NCBI GenBank assembly: GCA_030426725.1
Contig: JAUHXZ010000002.1
Coordinates: 5,673 to 69,672, forward strand
Origin: Actinomycetes bacterium
GTDB taxonomy: Bacteria > Actinomycetota > Actinomycetes > Propionibacteriales > Propionibacteriaceae
DNA length: 64,000 nt
Direction: 5' to 3'
In this document: positions 9,488 to 20,081 of the stretch, in pieces
Position numbering within the stretch: the stretch's first letter is position 1
Layout of the letters: each line of letters starts with the position of its first letter
The notes under the pieces: generated by a model
Seen by the model: only the letters and a program-made list of their open reading frames with translations
What the model was told of the DNA's origin: nothing
Database searches by the model: none
Made by a program: the position numbers and the translations under genes

Positions 9488-10363
9488 TCAGGACACGGCG
9501 CCCGCTGCCGCCAGCCAGGTGTTGCAGTCGCCCAGAGTCCGGGCGTCCAGCCCGGTGAGGGCCCACTGCGCCACGGAGTCCCTGGAACCGTGGACATCGT
9601 CGGCGAGCAGCGATCCCAGGAGCGGGTCGCTGGACTCGACAAGGTCGAGGTGGTCGGCGACCCGGTCATCGTGGGCGATCATCGCGTAGCCGAGGCAGGT
9701 GGCCTGCAGCTCAACCCGCCGTACCGACTCCGACGTCGCGCCGATCCGGTGCTGGGCGTCGAGCACCCCGATCAGGGACTGCAGGTGGTGGGCGTACTCG
9801 TGGTTGACGACTCCCTTGATTCCGAGGGCGAACCAGGTGGCGCTGTCGAGACTGGCCTCACCGAGCCAGATGCCGCCGCCGTCCTCGGCGCAGTACACCG
9901 CCGGGCAGCTGATCGTCCCGCACGGGGTGTCGGCGTGCTCGCCCGGGTAGACGTGGAGCGGGATCTCGGCCGCGTCCAGCCCTGCGGACTCAAGGAGCGG
10001 CCGCCACGCGTCCTGCACGCAGTCGAGCTGCCTTGTGGCCTGAGCCTCGAGGCCGGACATCGTCGCGGCCGTGGCCGGCGCGGGGCAGCCGGTCAGGTCG
10101 GGCAGCTCCGCCGGGTACAGGGCGTTGTCGATGAGCGTTGCCCAGTCCGGGTCCGACTCCGCCCCGGCCGGGGGCGTCCAAGGGTCGTCGTGGGCGCGTG
10201 ACGCGCAGTCGGTGGCCTGGCCCTGCACTGCCGTCGGCGGCGGGGCGCAGCCCTCGACGCCGAGCGTCGCCGACGCCCCCACGAGCGCCAGCGGGACGCT
10301 CCACGGCAACAGTGCGGCCGTCGTGCGGGAGCGACGCGACGCGGCCCGTGTACGACCGGTCAT
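9488..10363 (-). CDS. Neutral zinc metallopeptidase, paralog 3
   Basis: HEYAHHLQ, RRVELQATC, HGS, GDCNTW; hydrophobic N-terminus; ATGA overlap with paralog 2 stop. Confidence 0.82.
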   Translation of the reverse strand: MTGRTRAASRRSRTTAALLPWSVPLALVGASATLGVEGCAPPPTAVQGQATDCASRAHDDPWTPPAGAESDPDWATLIDNALYPAELPDLTGCPAPATAATMSGLEAQATRQLDCVQDAWRPLLESAGLDAAEIPLHVYPGEHADTPCGTISCPAVYCAEDGGGIWLGEASLDSATWFALGIKGVVNHEYAHHLQSLIGVLDAQHRIGATSESVRRVELQATCLGYAMIAHDDRVADHLDLVESSDPLLGSLLADDVHGSRDSVAQWALTGLDARTLGDCNTWLAAAGAVS

Positions 10364-11310
10364 GTCACGGACTCCGCGTCCGCGACCCACGTGTTGCAGT
10401 CGCCAACGGTCTCGGCGTAGAGCCCCCTCAGCCCCCATTCGCTCACCGACTCCTTCGAGCCGTGAATGTCGTCCTCGACGACCGCCCGCAGGAATCTCGA
10501 GCTGTCCTCGTAGATCTCACGGGTCACGGTCACGGCGTCGTCGTGCGCGATCATCGCGTAGGCGAGGCAGGTGGCCTGCAGTTCCAGCCTTCGGGCCGAC
10601 TCGTCGGTGCCGACCTTCGCCTCCTCCGAGAAGAGGCCGGCTACGGCCTGCAGGTGGTGTCCATACTCGTGGCCGGCGACGCCCTTGACCCCGAGCGCGA
10701 ACCAGCGCGATCCCCGGAGGGTGTTCTCTCCGAAGTACACCGCCCCGCCGCGCGCCGCGCAGTACACCGCGGGGCCCACGATGACGCCGCAGGGAGTCGA
10801 CACCCGGTCGCCACGGTAGAAGTAGACGGGGATCTCGCCCGCCGCGTAGCCGTCGGCCTCGAGTACCGGTCGCCAGGCCGCCTGGATGCACGTCATCTCG
10901 GCGCGAGCCTGCATCTCCAGCTCCTCCATGGTCGAGACACGGCGGGGCGCCGGGCAGCCGGTGAGCTGGGGGACGGTCAGATCGTGGAGCGGGTTCTGCT
11001 GCAGGGCCAGCGACAGCGGGTTGCGCCCCGCGACGGCGGCGAGGGGCAACTCGGGTGGAGGCGTCACCCCCAGGACCCGGGGCGGGTCGGCACCGCCCTC
11101 ACCAGGGGGCTGCGCGCCGACAGTGGGATCCGAGGCGGGTCGCACCGTCGGCATGAGCACCGGTGGTGCCATGGCGCGGTCCGCCGTGGCGCCCAGGAGC
11201 GCGCCGGTCGCGACGACCACCGCAGCGATCAGCAGGATGGCCGCGGCGACGAAACCCGACCGGCGTCGGCCGCCGGATGGTGAGGCGTACGGGAACGCCC
11301 GCCGGGGCAT
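10360..11310 (-). CDS. Neutral zinc metallopeptidase, paralog 2 (N-terminal TM anchor)
   Basis: HEYGHHLQ, RRLELQATC, GDCNTW; start trimmed to MPRRAFPY, 1 nt after paralog 1 stop. Confidence 0.85.
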   Translation of the reverse strand: MPRRAFPYASPSGGRRRSGFVAAAILLIAAVVVATGALLGATADRAMAPPVLMPTVRPASDPTVGAQPPGEGGADPPRVLGVTPPPELPLAAVAGRNPLSLALQQNPLHDLTVPQLTGCPAPRRVSTMEELEMQARAEMTCIQAAWRPVLEADGYAAGEIPVYFYRGDRVSTPCGVIVGPAVYCAARGGAVYFGENTLRGSRWFALGVKGVAGHEYGHHLQAVAGLFSEEAKVGTDESARRLELQATCLAYAMIAHDDAVTVTREIYEDSSRFLRAVVEDDIHGSKESVSEWGLRGLYAETVGDCNTWVADAESVT

Positions 11311-11311
11311 G

Positions 11312-12286
11312 TCACGCCACCGTCTCCGGGGGCGCCACCCACGTATTGCAGTCGCCCATGGTCTCGGCGTACAGGCCCCGGAGCCCCCAGTAGAGGATCG
11401 ACTCCCGGGTTCCGTGCGCATCATCGGCGCGCATCGTCTCCAGCCGTGCCGTCCACGACGCGTGCGCCTGCTCGTTGAACCCGACGGCCGTGTTCCGCAT
11501 GGTCATCACCGAGGCCCAACAGATCGCCTGCAGCTCCGATCGCCGCACGATGTCGTCGGTCTGCTCGCCCACCATCCGCACCGACGTCACCCCGGCCAGA
11601 TACTGAAGGTGGTGGCCGTACTCGTGGTTGACCATCTCGTTGATCGACAGGTCCCAGATCCCCGCCATCTCGAGATGCTGCCTTCCGAAGAACACCTGCC
11701 CGACGCCGGAGGCGCAGTAGAAGGCGGGGGCCACCAGGTATCCGCAGTCGCTGTCGGCGCCGTCGCCGGGGAAGAACCCGACCGCTGCGCTCTCCGCCGG
11801 CCACTCCAACTCCTCGAAGACGGGTGCCCAGGAGTCGTGCAGGCAGTCCCACTGCGCCTCGACGGCCTCGCGCCACTCCCCCTCCACGGCCACCGTCTCC
11901 GGGGCGGGGCACCCCTCCAGTACGGGGGGTTCGAGCTCGTCGAGGGCCGTCACCTGCGCCGTGTACAGGGGCGAGTCCGGATCGGGGGCCGGCAGCGGCT
12001 CCCAGGTCCGCTCGGGAAGGGTCCAGACCTGTGGACCCGCGTTGGCGGTGGGGACCACGGTGGGTTGCGGCGCGGGCGTCCGCTGCGCCGGCGTCGTCAC
12101 GCTTGCCGCCGGCCCCGCCTCCGTCAGGTCGCGGGCGAGACTGTAGCCGACGACGACCATCGCGGCCACGAGGGTCAGTGCCAGCGCGGCGAAGCCCACC
12201 CGGGTCCCGGGGCCCGGACCGGCGGGTTCGGGGGGCGCGGCGTGGCGCGGTGCCGGCGAGGCCCGGCCATCGGGCCTGTACTCCAT
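11312..12286 (-). CDS. Neutral zinc metallopeptidase, paralog 1 (N-terminal TM anchor)
   Basis: SD AAGGAGGT; HEYGHHLQ, RRSELQAIC, GDCNTW. Confidence 0.85.
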   Translation of the reverse strand: MEYRPDGRASPAPRHAAPPEPAGPGPGTRVGFAALALTLVAAMVVVGYSLARDLTEAGPAASVTTPAQRTPAPQPTVVPTANAGPQVWTLPERTWEPLPAPDPDSPLYTAQVTALDELEPPVLEGCPAPETVAVEGEWREAVEAQWDCLHDSWAPVFEELEWPAESAAVGFFPGDGADSDCGYLVAPAFYCASGVGQVFFGRQHLEMAGIWDLSINEMVNHEYGHHLQYLAGVTSVRMVGEQTDDIVRRSELQAICWASVMTMRNTAVGFNEQAHASWTARLETMRADDAHGTRESILYWGLRGLYAETMGDCNTWVAPPETVA

Positions 12287-12317
12287 ACCGACACCTCCTT
12301 GCGCCGCCGGAGTGTTC

Positions 12318-12680
12318 TCAGATGAACAGCATGACGACGAGCAGCAGGAGCACCGCGATGAGTGTGACGCCCACCACGCCGGCGCCGATCGCAAGCGGCA
12401 GCAGGTTGCGCGACTCGGTCACGTCGCCCGCGGGCGGGCCGGCCTGGGCGACGATCGCCGGGGTGTCGTTCTGCGGGGCGGGCAGCCGCTCGACCACGGG
12501 GACGAGTTCCCCGAGGGTGCGTGCATCGTAGACCACGTCCATGGCGCCTGCGTACTCGTCGTGGTTGATCCGCCCGTCCTCGAACGCGCCGTTGAGGCGC
12601 GCGGTGATCGACTCGCGCTCCGCATCGTCGACCGGGTCGGCGGAGCGCTGCAGGTACTTCGAGGACGGGGGGAGCGCCAT
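12318..12680 (-). CDS. DUF1707 (SHOCT-like) protein with C-terminal TM helix
   Basis: DAERESITARLNGAFEDGRINHDEY...ARTLGEL pattern; hydrophobic C-terminus; TATGCT 6 nt before ATG (probably leaderless). Confidence 0.75.
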   Translation of the reverse strand: MALPPSSKYLQRSADPVDDAERESITARLNGAFEDGRINHDEYAGAMDVVYDARTLGELVPVVERLPAPQNDTPAIVAQAGPPAGDVTESRNLLPLAIGAGVVGVTLIAVLLLLVVMLFI

Positions 12681-12715
12681 ACCCACAGCATACGTCCGGG
12701 TACGGCGCGCCGCGT

Positions 12716-13534
12716 TCACTCGGCGAGCGGTCCGAACAGGTCCCCGAGCATGCCGGCGCCCCCGTCGGGTTCGGTGAGCACCCACAGCCCCCGGTCGGTG
12801 ACCGCGACGGTGTTCTCCCAATGCGCCCCGCGGGACCGGTCGCGGCTCACGACCGTCCAGCCGTCGTCGAGTTCAAGGGTCTGATTGAGCCCGCGGGTGA
12901 GCATGGGCTCGATGGCGATGGCCATACCCACGCCGAGCTTGGGCGTGGGGCGGAGCCGGTACCAGTTCGGCACGTCGGGCTCCATGTGCATCTCGGAGCC
13001 GATCCCGTGCCCGGTGTACTCGCGCAGCGACCCGTAGCGCACCGGCTGAGCCTTGACACTCTCCTCGATGGCGCGCGACACGTCGCCGACGCGGCCGCCG
13101 GCGCGCACGGCGCGGACCCCGGCCCACATGGCCTGCATCGTGGCGTCGATGAGCGCACGATCGGCGGGGTCCTCGGTGCCGACGATGACGGTGCGGGCCG
13201 CGTCGCCGTGCCACCCCTCGACGACGGCGCCGAAGTCGATCGACACGACGTCACCGTCGACCAGGACCCGGTCCCCCGGGATGCCGTGGACGAGTTCGTC
13301 GTTGACGGAGATGCAGGCGACGGCCGGGAAGGGGTTGCCCCACACTTCGCCGTAGCCGAGGAAGGACGATGCGGCGTCGTGGCGGGCGAGGACCTCACGG
13401 CCGACGGCGTCGATCTCGGCGGTCGTCACACCGGGGGCAGCCGCCTCGCACATCTCGGCCAGCCCGTCGGCCACCACGAGCCCCGCGCGCCGCATGAGCA
13501 GCAGTTCGGCGTGGGACTTGACCTCGATGGTCAC
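12716..13534 (-). CDS. map: Methionine aminopeptidase type I
   Basis: [48 protein letters not shown]. Confidence 0.96.
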   Translation of the reverse strand: MTIEVKSHAELLLMRRAGLVVADGLAEMCEAAAPGVTTAEIDAVGREVLARHDAASSFLGYGEVWGNPFPAVACISVNDELVHGIPGDRVLVDGDVVSIDFGAVVEGWHGDAARTVIVGTEDPADRALIDATMQAMWAGVRAVRAGGRVGDVSRAIEESVKAQPVRYGSLREYTGHGIGSEMHMEPDVPNWYRLRPTPKLGVGMAIAIEPMLTRGLNQTLELDDGWTVVSRDRSRGAHWENTVAVTDRGLWVLTEPDGGAGMLGDLFGPLAE

Positions 13535-14106
13535 GACGCGACGTGCGCGTCGACGGCCGCGAACATCCGCTCGCGCACCTCGTCGACGGTGCCGGTGCCG
13601 TCGACGTCGACCAGCGAGCCCTTGTTCTCGTAGTGGAACAGCAGCGGCGCGGTCTGGCCGGCGTAGACCTCCATCCGGCGGCGGATGGTGTCGGCGTTGT
13701 CGTCGGCGCGGCCCTCGAGTTCGGCGCGCTTGAGGAGGCGCTGGACGAGCGCCTCCGGGTCGACGTGCAGCGAGACGACGGCGTCGAGGCCCTGCCCGCG
13801 CTCCGACAGGTAGCGGTCGAGGAAGTGCACCTGGTGCATGGTGCGGGGGAAGCCGTCGAGCAGGAAGCCGGGCTCGCAGTCGGGCTCCTCCAGCCGGGCG
13901 GCGACGATCTCCTCCGTGACGTCGTCGGGGACGTACTCCCCCGCGTCGATGATCGCCTTCACCTTGAGCCCGAGCGACGTCTCGTTCTTGATGTTGAAGC
14001 GGAAGATGTCACCGGTGGAGATGGCGGGAACGCCGTAGTGCTCGGCGAGCGCCGTCGCCTGTGTCCCCTTGCCCGCCCCCGGGGCACCCATGATCAGCAG
14101 TCTCAC
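13531..14106 (-). CDS. adk: Adenylate kinase
   Basis: [28 protein letters not shown]. Confidence 0.97.
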   Translation of the reverse strand: MRLLIMGAPGAGKGTQATALAEHYGVPAISTGDIFRFNIKNETSLGLKVKAIIDAGEYVPDDVTEEIVAARLEEPDCEPGFLLDGFPRTMHQVHFLDRYLSERGQGLDAVVSLHVDPEALVQRLLKRAELEGRADDNADTIRRRMEVYAGQTAPLLFHYENKGSLVDVDGTGTVDEVRERMFAAVDAHVAS

Positions 14107-15416
14107 CGCAGGAATCCTTCATAGTTGCGTTGCTGTAGCTGGCTCTCGATCTTCTTCACCGTGTCGAGTGCGACACCGACGATGATGAGGATCGACGTCC
14201 CGCCGAACGGGAAGTTCTGCTGCGCCCCCACGGCCATGAAGGCGATGGTCGGGAGGAGTGCGATGGTGGCGAGGTACAGCGAGCCGGGGGCCGTCAGCCT
14301 CGACAGCACATAGGCGAGGTACCGCTCCGTGGGCTTGCCGGCGCGGATCCCGGGGATGAAGCCGCCGTACTTCTTCATGTTGTCCGAGACCTCCTCCGGA
14401 TTGAAGGTGATCGACACGTAGAAGTAGCAGAACGCGATGATGAGGACGAACTGCGTGACGTTGTAGACCCACGACGCGCTGCCCTGGCCGGTGAAGTTCA
14501 TCTGGATCCACTGCGACACGGCGCCATCGGGGCGGAACGTCGCGAACAGGACCGGCAGGTAGAGCATCGACGACGCGAAGATGACGGGGATGACTCCGGA
14601 CTGGTTCACCTTGAGCGGGATGTAGGTGGTGGACCCGCCCACGAGGCGGCGACCGACCATGCGCTTGGCGTACTGCACCGGGATGCGCCGCTGCCCCTGC
14701 TCGACCCAGATGATGCCGAGCATCACGAGCAGGCCGATACCGATGACGATGAAGAACAGGACCCAGCCGGTCACGCCCGGGTGGTTCTGCTTGATGGACC
14801 ACAGGCCGGCGGGGAAGCTGGCCGCGATCTGGGTGAAGATCATGATGGACATGCCGTTGCCGATGCCGCGCTCGGTGATGAGCTCGCCCATCCACATGAT
14901 GATGCCGGTGCCGGCCGTCATCACCATGACCATGGTGACCAACGGCAGCAACTCGTCGGAGTACAGGATGCCGGTGCAGCCGGGGAACAGCTGGCCGGTG
15001 CGGGCCAGGGTCACGAACGCGGTGGCGTTGAGGATCGCCAGCACCAGGGTGAGGTAGCGGGTGTACTCGGTGATCTTCTGCTGACCCGAGCCGCCCTCCT
15101 TCTTGAGGGCCTCGAGCCGCGGGATCACGACGGTGAGCAGCTGCAGGATGATCGACGCCGTGATGTACGGCATGATCCCGAGCGCGAAGATCGTCAGCTG
15201 GAGCAGCGCGCCACCCGAGAACAGGTTGATCATCGAGTAGATGCCGGCGGCGCCACCCTGCTGGGCGAGCGCGAGACACTGATCGATCCTCGAGATGTTC
15301 ACGTTGGGCGACGGGATCGTCGAACCCAGCCGGAACACTACGATGATGCCGAGCGTGAAGAAGATCTTCTTGCGAAGATCAGGAGTCTTCAGCGCGTTAG
15401 CCATGGCGGAGATCAT
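14103..15416 (-). CDS. secY: Preprotein translocase SecY
   Basis: [43 protein letters not shown]; start uncertain between 15416 and 15404. Confidence 0.96.
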   Translation of the reverse strand: MISAMANALKTPDLRKKIFFTLGIIVVFRLGSTIPSPNVNISRIDQCLALAQQGGAAGIYSMINLFSGGALLQLTIFALGIMPYITASIILQLLTVVIPRLEALKKEGGSGQQKITEYTRYLTLVLAILNATAFVTLARTGQLFPGCTGILYSDELLPLVTMVMVMTAGTGIIMWMGELITERGIGNGMSIMIFTQIAASFPAGLWSIKQNHPGVTGWVLFFIVIGIGLLVMLGIIWVEQGQRRIPVQYAKRMVGRRLVGGSTTYIPLKVNQSGVIPVIFASSMLYLPVLFATFRPDGAVSQWIQMNFTGQGSASWVYNVTQFVLIIAFCYFYVSITFNPEEVSDNMKKYGGFIPGIRAGKPTERYLAYVLSRLTAPGSLYLATIALLPTIAFMAVGAQQNFPFGGTSILIIVGVALDTVKKIESQLQQRNYEGFLR

Positions 15417-15482
15417 CCGACCCACTTTCAACTCGTTGATGAACGCGCCGCGGGCGCGACAGGGCGCACGGGCAACCAGGGC

Positions 15483-15510
15483 AGCCTATCAACTGCCGCA
15501 CCGCCACCAA
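15483..15510 (-). promoter_or_regulatory. Internal promoter for secY-adk-map
   Basis: TTGGTG-N16-TAGGCT with TGn extension. Confidence 0.45.
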
Positions 15511-15538
15511 AACGCCGACCCCCGGGCGGGAATGCGAC

Positions 15539-15574
15539 GACGGGGCGGAGCCGGTCTCCCGGTTCCGCCCCGTC
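15539..15574 (-). terminator. Hairpin after rplO
   Basis: GACGGGGCGGA...TCCGCCCCGTC inverted repeat. Confidence 0.7.
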
Positions 15575-15604
15575 GGGCTTGTCTGTTGCGTCAGGGCCTG
15601 GGTG

Positions 15605-16045
15605 TCAGGCCTCGATCGCGGAGCCGCCCGCGGCCTCGAGCTTCGCCTTGGCGGAGCCGGAGAACGCGTGCGCGGTCACGTCGAGCTTGACGCTGACGTC
15701 ACCGTTGCCGAGCACCTTGACCAGGTTGCCGGAGCGCACGGCGCCGGCGGCCACGAGGTCCTCGACGCCGACGGAGCCGCCCTCGGGGAACAGCTCGGCG
15801 ACGCGGCCGACGTTGACGACCTGGAACTCGACGCGGAACGGGTTCTTGAACCCCTTCAGCTTCGGCAGGCGCATGTGGATGGGCATCTGCCCACCCTCGA
15901 AGTTCTCGGGCACGTTCTTGCGTGCGCCGGTGCCCTTCGTGCCGCGGCCCGCGGTCTTGCCCTTGGAACCCTCGCCTCGACCGACACGGGTCTTGGCGGT
16001 CTTCGCGCCCGGAGCCGGACGCAGATCGTGAAGCTTCAGAGCCAT
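15605..16045 (-). CDS. rplO: 50S ribosomal protein L15
   Basis: [26 protein letters not shown]. Confidence 0.98.
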   Translation of the reverse strand: MALKLHDLRPAPGAKTAKTRVGRGEGSKGKTAGRGTKGTGARKNVPENFEGGQMPIHMRLPKLKGFKNPFRVEFQVVNVGRVAELFPEGGSVGVEDLVAAGAVRSGNLVKVLGNGDVSVKLDVTAHAFSGSAKAKLEAAGGSAIEA

Positions 16046-16050
16046 ATCAC

Positions 16051-16230
16051 TTACACCTCTTCCACGGTAACGAGGTGGGAGACGGCGCGGAGCATCCCGC
16101 GGACCTCGGGAGTGTCCTCACGGACGACCGAGGAGCGGATCTTTCCGAGGCCGAGCGTCCGCAGCGTGTCACGCTGGTTCTGCTTGCCACCCACCCCGGA
16201 CTTTGCCTGGGTGATCTTGAGTTGCGACAT
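16051..16230 (-). CDS. rpmD: 50S ribosomal protein L30
   Basis: [28 protein letters not shown]. Confidence 0.96.
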   Translation of the reverse strand: MSQLKITQAKSGVGGKQNQRDTLRTLGLGKIRSSVVREDTPEVRGMLRAVSHLVTVEEV

Positions 16231-16835
16231 CAGCCGGCCACCTCTTCCTTGGCAGCGCGCAGGAGAGCCGCGGGGGCGACGTCCTCGACCGGCATGCCGC
16301 GACGCTTCGCGACGGACTCGGGCGTCTCGAGCTGCTTGAGAGCGTCGACGGTCGCGTGCACCACGTTGATGGCGTTGGACGAGCCGAGCGACTTGGCGAG
16401 CACGTCGTGCACGCCGGCGCACTCGAGCACCGCGCGGGCGGAGCCGCCGGCGATGACACCGGTACCCGGGGAAGCGGGGCGGAGCATGACGACACCGGCC
16501 GCCTTCTCACCCTGCACCGGGTGCGGGATGGTCTTCTGGATCAGCGGCACGCGGAAGAAGTGCTTCTTGGCCTCTTCAACGCCCTTGGCGATCGCGGCCG
16601 GCACCTCCTTCGCCTTGCCGTAGCCGACGCCGACCATGCCCTCGCCGTCGCCGACGACCACGAGCGCGGTGAAGCTGAAGCGACGACCGCCCTGGACCAC
16701 CTTGGCGACGCGGTTGATGGTCACCACGCGCTCCAGGTACTTGTTGTCTTCCTTGGGAGCCTGGCCACGACGATCGTCACGGCCACGACGCTCACCGGTC
16801 GCGCCGGAACCCCGGCGCTGCTGGGTTTCACTCAT
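16230..16835 (-). CDS. rpsE: 30S ribosomal protein S5
   Basis: [38 protein letters not shown]. Confidence 0.98.
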   Translation of the reverse strand: MSETQQRRGSGATGERRGRDDRRGQAPKEDNKYLERVVTINRVAKVVQGGRRFSFTALVVVGDGEGMVGVGYGKAKEVPAAIAKGVEEAKKHFFRVPLIQKTIPHPVQGEKAAGVVMLRPASPGTGVIAGGSARAVLECAGVHDVLAKSLGSSNAINVVHATVDALKQLETPESVAKRRGMPVEDVAPAALLRAAKEEVAG

Positions 16836-16861
16836 CGTGTGAACCTATCCTTTCGTCGTGA

Positions 16862-17245
16862 TCAGAAGCCGAGACCGGCCTCGCGGGCGGCGTCGGCCAG
16901 AGCCGCGATCCGCCCGTGGTACTTGTTGCCCGCACGGTCGAAGACGACCTGCTCGACACCGGCGGCCTTGGCGCGCTCGGCGATCAGTTCGCCGACCTTG
17001 CGGGCCTTGTCCGACTTGTCGGCCTCGAGGGCGCGCAGGTCCGCCTCCATGGTCGACGCCGACGCGAGAGTGAGACCCTGCACGTCGTCGATGACCTGGA
17101 CGAACATGTGCCGCGAGGACCGCGTGACGACCAGACGGGGGCGCTGAGCCGTGCCGCTGATCTTCTTGCGGGCCCGCAGCTGCCGACGGGCGCGGGACGC
17201 GGCCTTGGGGGCCAGCGTCTTTGAGTTGCTGAGCGAGATGGCCAT
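16862..17245 (-). CDS. rplR: 50S ribosomal protein L18
   Basis: [23 protein letters not shown]. Confidence 0.98.
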   Translation of the reverse strand: MAISLSNSKTLAPKAASRARRQLRARKKISGTAQRPRLVVTRSSRHMFVQVIDDVQGLTLASASTMEADLRALEADKSDKARKVGELIAERAKAAGVEQVVFDRAGNKYHGRIAALADAAREAGLGF

Positions 17246-17248
17246 GGG

Positions 17249-17791
17249 TTACTTACCAGCCTTTCCAGCCTTGCGGCGGACGTGCTCGCCCGCGTAGCGG
17301 ACGCCCTTGCCCTTGTAGGGCTCGGGCTTGCGGAGCTTGCGGATGTTGGCCGCAGTCTCGCCGACCAGCTGCTTGTCGATGCCCGCCACCGTGAACTTGG
17401 TCGCGGACTCGACGGCGAAGGTAATGCCCTCCGGAGCGTCGACGACGATCGGGTGCGAGTAGCCGAGCGCGAACTCGAGCTGCTTCGGGCCCTTGGAGAT
17501 CACGCGGTAGCCGACGCCGACGATCTCGAGCTTCTTCTCGTAGCCGTCGGTGACACCGATGATCATGTTGTTGACCAGGGTGCGGGTGAGCCCGTGCAGC
17601 GAGCGGTTCTCACGCTCGTCGTCGGGACGCGACACCTCGATCTGGCCGGCATCGTTCTTCTCGAGCACGATCGGGCTGGCGACGGTGAGCGAAAGCGCCC
17701 CCTTGGGGCCCTTAACGTCGACCTGCTGGCCGTCGAGCTTCACGTCGACACCGGACGGGATGGCGATGGGGAGCCTGCCAATACGCGACAT
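17249..17791 (-). CDS. rplF: 50S ribosomal protein L6
   Basis: MSRIGRLPI...[13 protein letters not shown]. Confidence 0.98.
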   Translation of the reverse strand: MSRIGRLPIAIPSGVDVKLDGQQVDVKGPKGALSLTVASPIVLEKNDAGQIEVSRPDDERENRSLHGLTRTLVNNMIIGVTDGYEKKLEIVGVGYRVISKGPKQLEFALGYSHPIVVDAPEGITFAVESATKFTVAGIDKQLVGETAANIRKLRKPEPYKGKGVRYAGEHVRRKAGKAGK

Positions 17792-17817
17792 ATCTGTTTC
17801 TCCTTACCTTCGCCCGG

Positions 17818-18222
17818 TCACCAGACGTAGGCGAGCACTTCGCCGCCCACGGACTTGGACTTGGCCTCACGGTCGGTCAGCAGACCATGCGAGGTGGAGA
17901 TGATGGCGATACCAAGGCCACCGAGCACCTTCGGAAGGTCGTTTGCCTTGGCGTAAACGCGCAGGCCCGGCTTGCTGATGCGGCGGAGTCCGGAGATCGA
18001 GCGCTCGCGCGAGTCCCCGTACTTGAGCGTCAGCTTGAGCACCTTGCCGACCTGGCCCTCGACCTCGGTCTGCTCGTAGCCCGAGATGAAGCCGTTGGCC
18101 TTCAGGATCTCCGCGATGCCCACCTTGATCTTGGACGACGGCATGGTCGCCGAATCCTGGTACGCCTGGTTGGCGTTCCGCAGACGCGTCAGCATGTCTG
18201 CGATCGGATCAGTCATGGTCAT
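17818..18222 (-). CDS. rpsH: 30S ribosomal protein S8
   Basis: [33 protein letters not shown]. Confidence 0.98.
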   Translation of the reverse strand: MTMTDPIADMLTRLRNANQAYQDSATMPSSKIKVGIAEILKANGFISGYEQTEVEGQVGKVLKLTLKYGDSRERSISGLRRISKPGLRVYAKANDLPKVLGGLGIAIISTSHGLLTDREAKSKSVGGEVLAYVW

Positions 18223-18241
18223 GACTTGTTGCCTCTTTCTC

Positions 18242-18274
18242 GCGCCGGTTTCCGGTCATTGCCGGACCTTGCGC
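18242..18274 (-). promoter_or_regulatory. Candidate S8-binding mRNA hairpin upstream of rpsH
   Basis: GCGC-AA-GG-UCCGG-loop-CCGGA-AA-CC-G-GCGC; same architecture as the rplN leader. Confidence 0.6.
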
Positions 18275-18304
18275 AACTTGAATTCTGTGAGTGAGTGGGT
18301 CCGG

Positions 18305-18490
18305 TCACCAGGACGACTTGGTCACGCCCGGCAGCTCGCCGGCGTGGGCCATTTCGCGCAGGCAGACGCGGCAGAGTCCGAACTTGCGGTAGACCGAGTG
18401 GGGTCGGCCGCACTTCTGGCACCGGGTGTACGCGCGCACGCCGAACTTCGGCTTACGGGACTGCTTGACCTTGAGTGCTGTCTTAGCCAT
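18305..18490 (-). CDS. rpsN: 30S ribosomal protein S14 (Zn-binding type Z)
   Basis: [21 protein letters not shown]. Confidence 0.97.
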   Translation of the reverse strand: MAKTALKVKQSRKPKFGVRAYTRCQKCGRPHSVYRKFGLCRVCLREMAHAGELPGVTKSSW

Positions 18491-18498
18491 GGCTCAGC

Positions 18499-19128
18499 TC
18501 ACTTCTTCTTCTTGGCGTAGTACGCGGGGCCGCGCTTCGACTTCTGCTTCTTCGGATCGTCGACGGCCTTGAACGGGAAACCGAGGTGCTTGAGGAGCGC
18601 TTTGCCCTCCGCGTCGTTGGTGGCCGAGGTCACGAACGTGATGTCCATGCCGCGCACGCGGTCGATCTTGTCCTGGTCGATCTCGAGGAACATGACCTGC
18701 TCGTTGAGACCGAAGGTGTAGTTGCCGTTGCCGTCGAACTGGCTGCCGTTGAGGCCACGGAAGTCGCGGATGCGGGGAAGAGCCAGCGTCAGCAGACGGT
18801 CGGCGAACTCCCACATGCGGTCACCGCGGAGGGTGACGTGGCAGCCGATCGGCTGGCCCTCGCGCAGCTTGAACTGCGCGATGGACTTGCGGGCCTTCGT
18901 GACGGACGGCTTCTGGCCGGTGATCGCGGTGAGGTCGCGGATGGCGCCCTCGATGATCTTCGAGTCACGTGCGGCCTCGCCGACGCCCATGTTCACCACG
19001 ATCTTGACCAGACCGGGGATCTGCATGACGTTGTCGTACTCGAACTCCTCCTGGAGCGTGGGAACGATCGTCTCGCGGTACTTGGCCTTGAGGCGCGGCA
19101 TTGCGGTGGTAGCTGCGGTGGCGGTCAT
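18499..19128 (-). CDS. rplE: 50S ribosomal protein L5
   Basis: [29 protein letters not shown]. Confidence 0.98.
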   Translation of the reverse strand: MTATAATTAMPRLKAKYRETIVPTLQEEFEYDNVMQIPGLVKIVVNMGVGEAARDSKIIEGAIRDLTAITGQKPSVTKARKSIAQFKLREGQPIGCHVTLRGDRMWEFADRLLTLALPRIRDFRGLNGSQFDGNGNYTFGLNEQVMFLEIDQDKIDRVRGMDITFVTSATNDAEGKALLKHLGFPFKAVDDPKKQKSKRGPAYYAKKKK

Positions 19129-19499
19129 CAGATCTCCTCACCGGTCTTGCGGGCGATGCGCACAGAACGCTCCGCCTGGTACTCCGAGCCGTCGGGGCGA
19201 CGCTTGGTGACCTCGACGCGCTTGTGGCCGACGCGGGTCAGTACGTCCTTGCCGTCGACCTTGACCACGAGCTGCACGTTGGACACGTGGATCGGGGCCT
19301 CGACGGTGATGACGCCACCCTCGACGCGGCGGCCGGTGGCGGTCTGGGACTCGCGGCGGTGACGCTTGACGAGGTTGACGCCCTGGACGGTCACGCGCTG
19401 GTTCTCGGGATCGACGGCGATGATCTCGCTGACGGTGCCCTTGTCCTTGCCCGAGATGACCTTGACGCGGTCACCCTTCTTGATGTTGAGCGATGCCAT
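19128..19499 (-). CDS. rplX: 50S ribosomal protein L24
   Basis: [25 protein letters not shown]. Confidence 0.98.
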   Translation of the reverse strand: MASLNIKKGDRVKVISGKDKGTVSEIIAVDPENQRVTVQGVNLVKRHRRESQTATGRRVEGGVITVEAPIHVSNVQLVVKVDGKDVLTRVGHKRVEVTKRRPDGSEYQAERSVRIARKTGEEI

Positions 19500-19500
19500 G

Positions 19501-19869
19501 TCAGATCACCTCCGGGGCGAGCGAGACGATGCGCATGAACTTCTTCTCGCGCAGCTCGCGGGCCACCGGGCCGAAGATGCGGGTGCCACGGGGCTCCCCG
19601 TCGTTCTTCAGGATGACGGCGGCGTTCTCGTCGAACTTGATGTAGGAACCGTCGGCGCGGCGACGCTCCTTGACGGTGCGGACGACGACGGCCTTGACCA
19701 CCTCGCCCTTCTTGACGTTGCCGCCAGGGATCGCGTCCTTGACGGTGGCGACGATGGTGTCGCCGAGGTAGGCGTAGCGGCGCTTGGAGCCACCGAGAAC
19801 ACGGATGCACAGGATTTCCTTGGCACCAGTGTTGTCGGCGACCTTCAGTCGCGACTCCTGCTGGATCAT
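19501..19869 (-). CDS. rplN: 50S ribosomal protein L14
   Basis: [18 protein letters not shown]...[12 protein letters not shown]; SD AAGGAG. Confidence 0.98.
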   Translation of the reverse strand: MIQQESRLKVADNTGAKEILCIRVLGGSKRRYAYLGDTIVATVKDAIPGGNVKKGEVVKAVVVRTVKERRRADGSYIKFDENAAVILKNDGEPRGTRIFGPVARELREKKFMRIVSLAPEVI

Positions 19870-19884
19870 TACTTCTCCTTGTCC

Positions 19885-19914
19885 CACCGGTTCCCGCACA
19901 TGACAGGCCTTGTG
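19885..19914 (-). promoter_or_regulatory. Candidate S8-binding mRNA hairpin upstream of rplN
   Basis: CAC-AA-GG-CCUG-loop-CGGG-AA-CC-G-GUG, 4 nt upstream of the SD. Confidence 0.6.
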
Positions 19915-20035
19915 AAACTAGAAACGAACCCCCTGGATTTTGCCAGGAGGCAACCCCCAGCTCGAGGGAGAGGGAGCCATGGCGATGCCCGGGAAAGGTC
20001 CCCCCGAAGGGGCACAGACCCAGGGCAACTTGCTT

Positions 20036-20064
20036 AGTCTATCCCACGCGACCCGACGCGTGAA
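20036..20064 (-). promoter_or_regulatory. spc operon promoter
   Basis: TTCACG-N17-TAGACT. Confidence 0.5.
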
Positions 20065-20081
20065 ATCGCAGGCCCTTCCCC

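Noticed and set aside
10270-10363. Lipoprotein signal in peptidase paralog 3 (LGVEGC)
   Set aside because: Glu at -2 does not fit the lipobox consensus; left as a generic hydrophobic N-terminus.
19910-19927. Rex box (TTGTGAA) near rplN
   Set aside because: Only one half-site, and it overlaps the S8-like hairpin.
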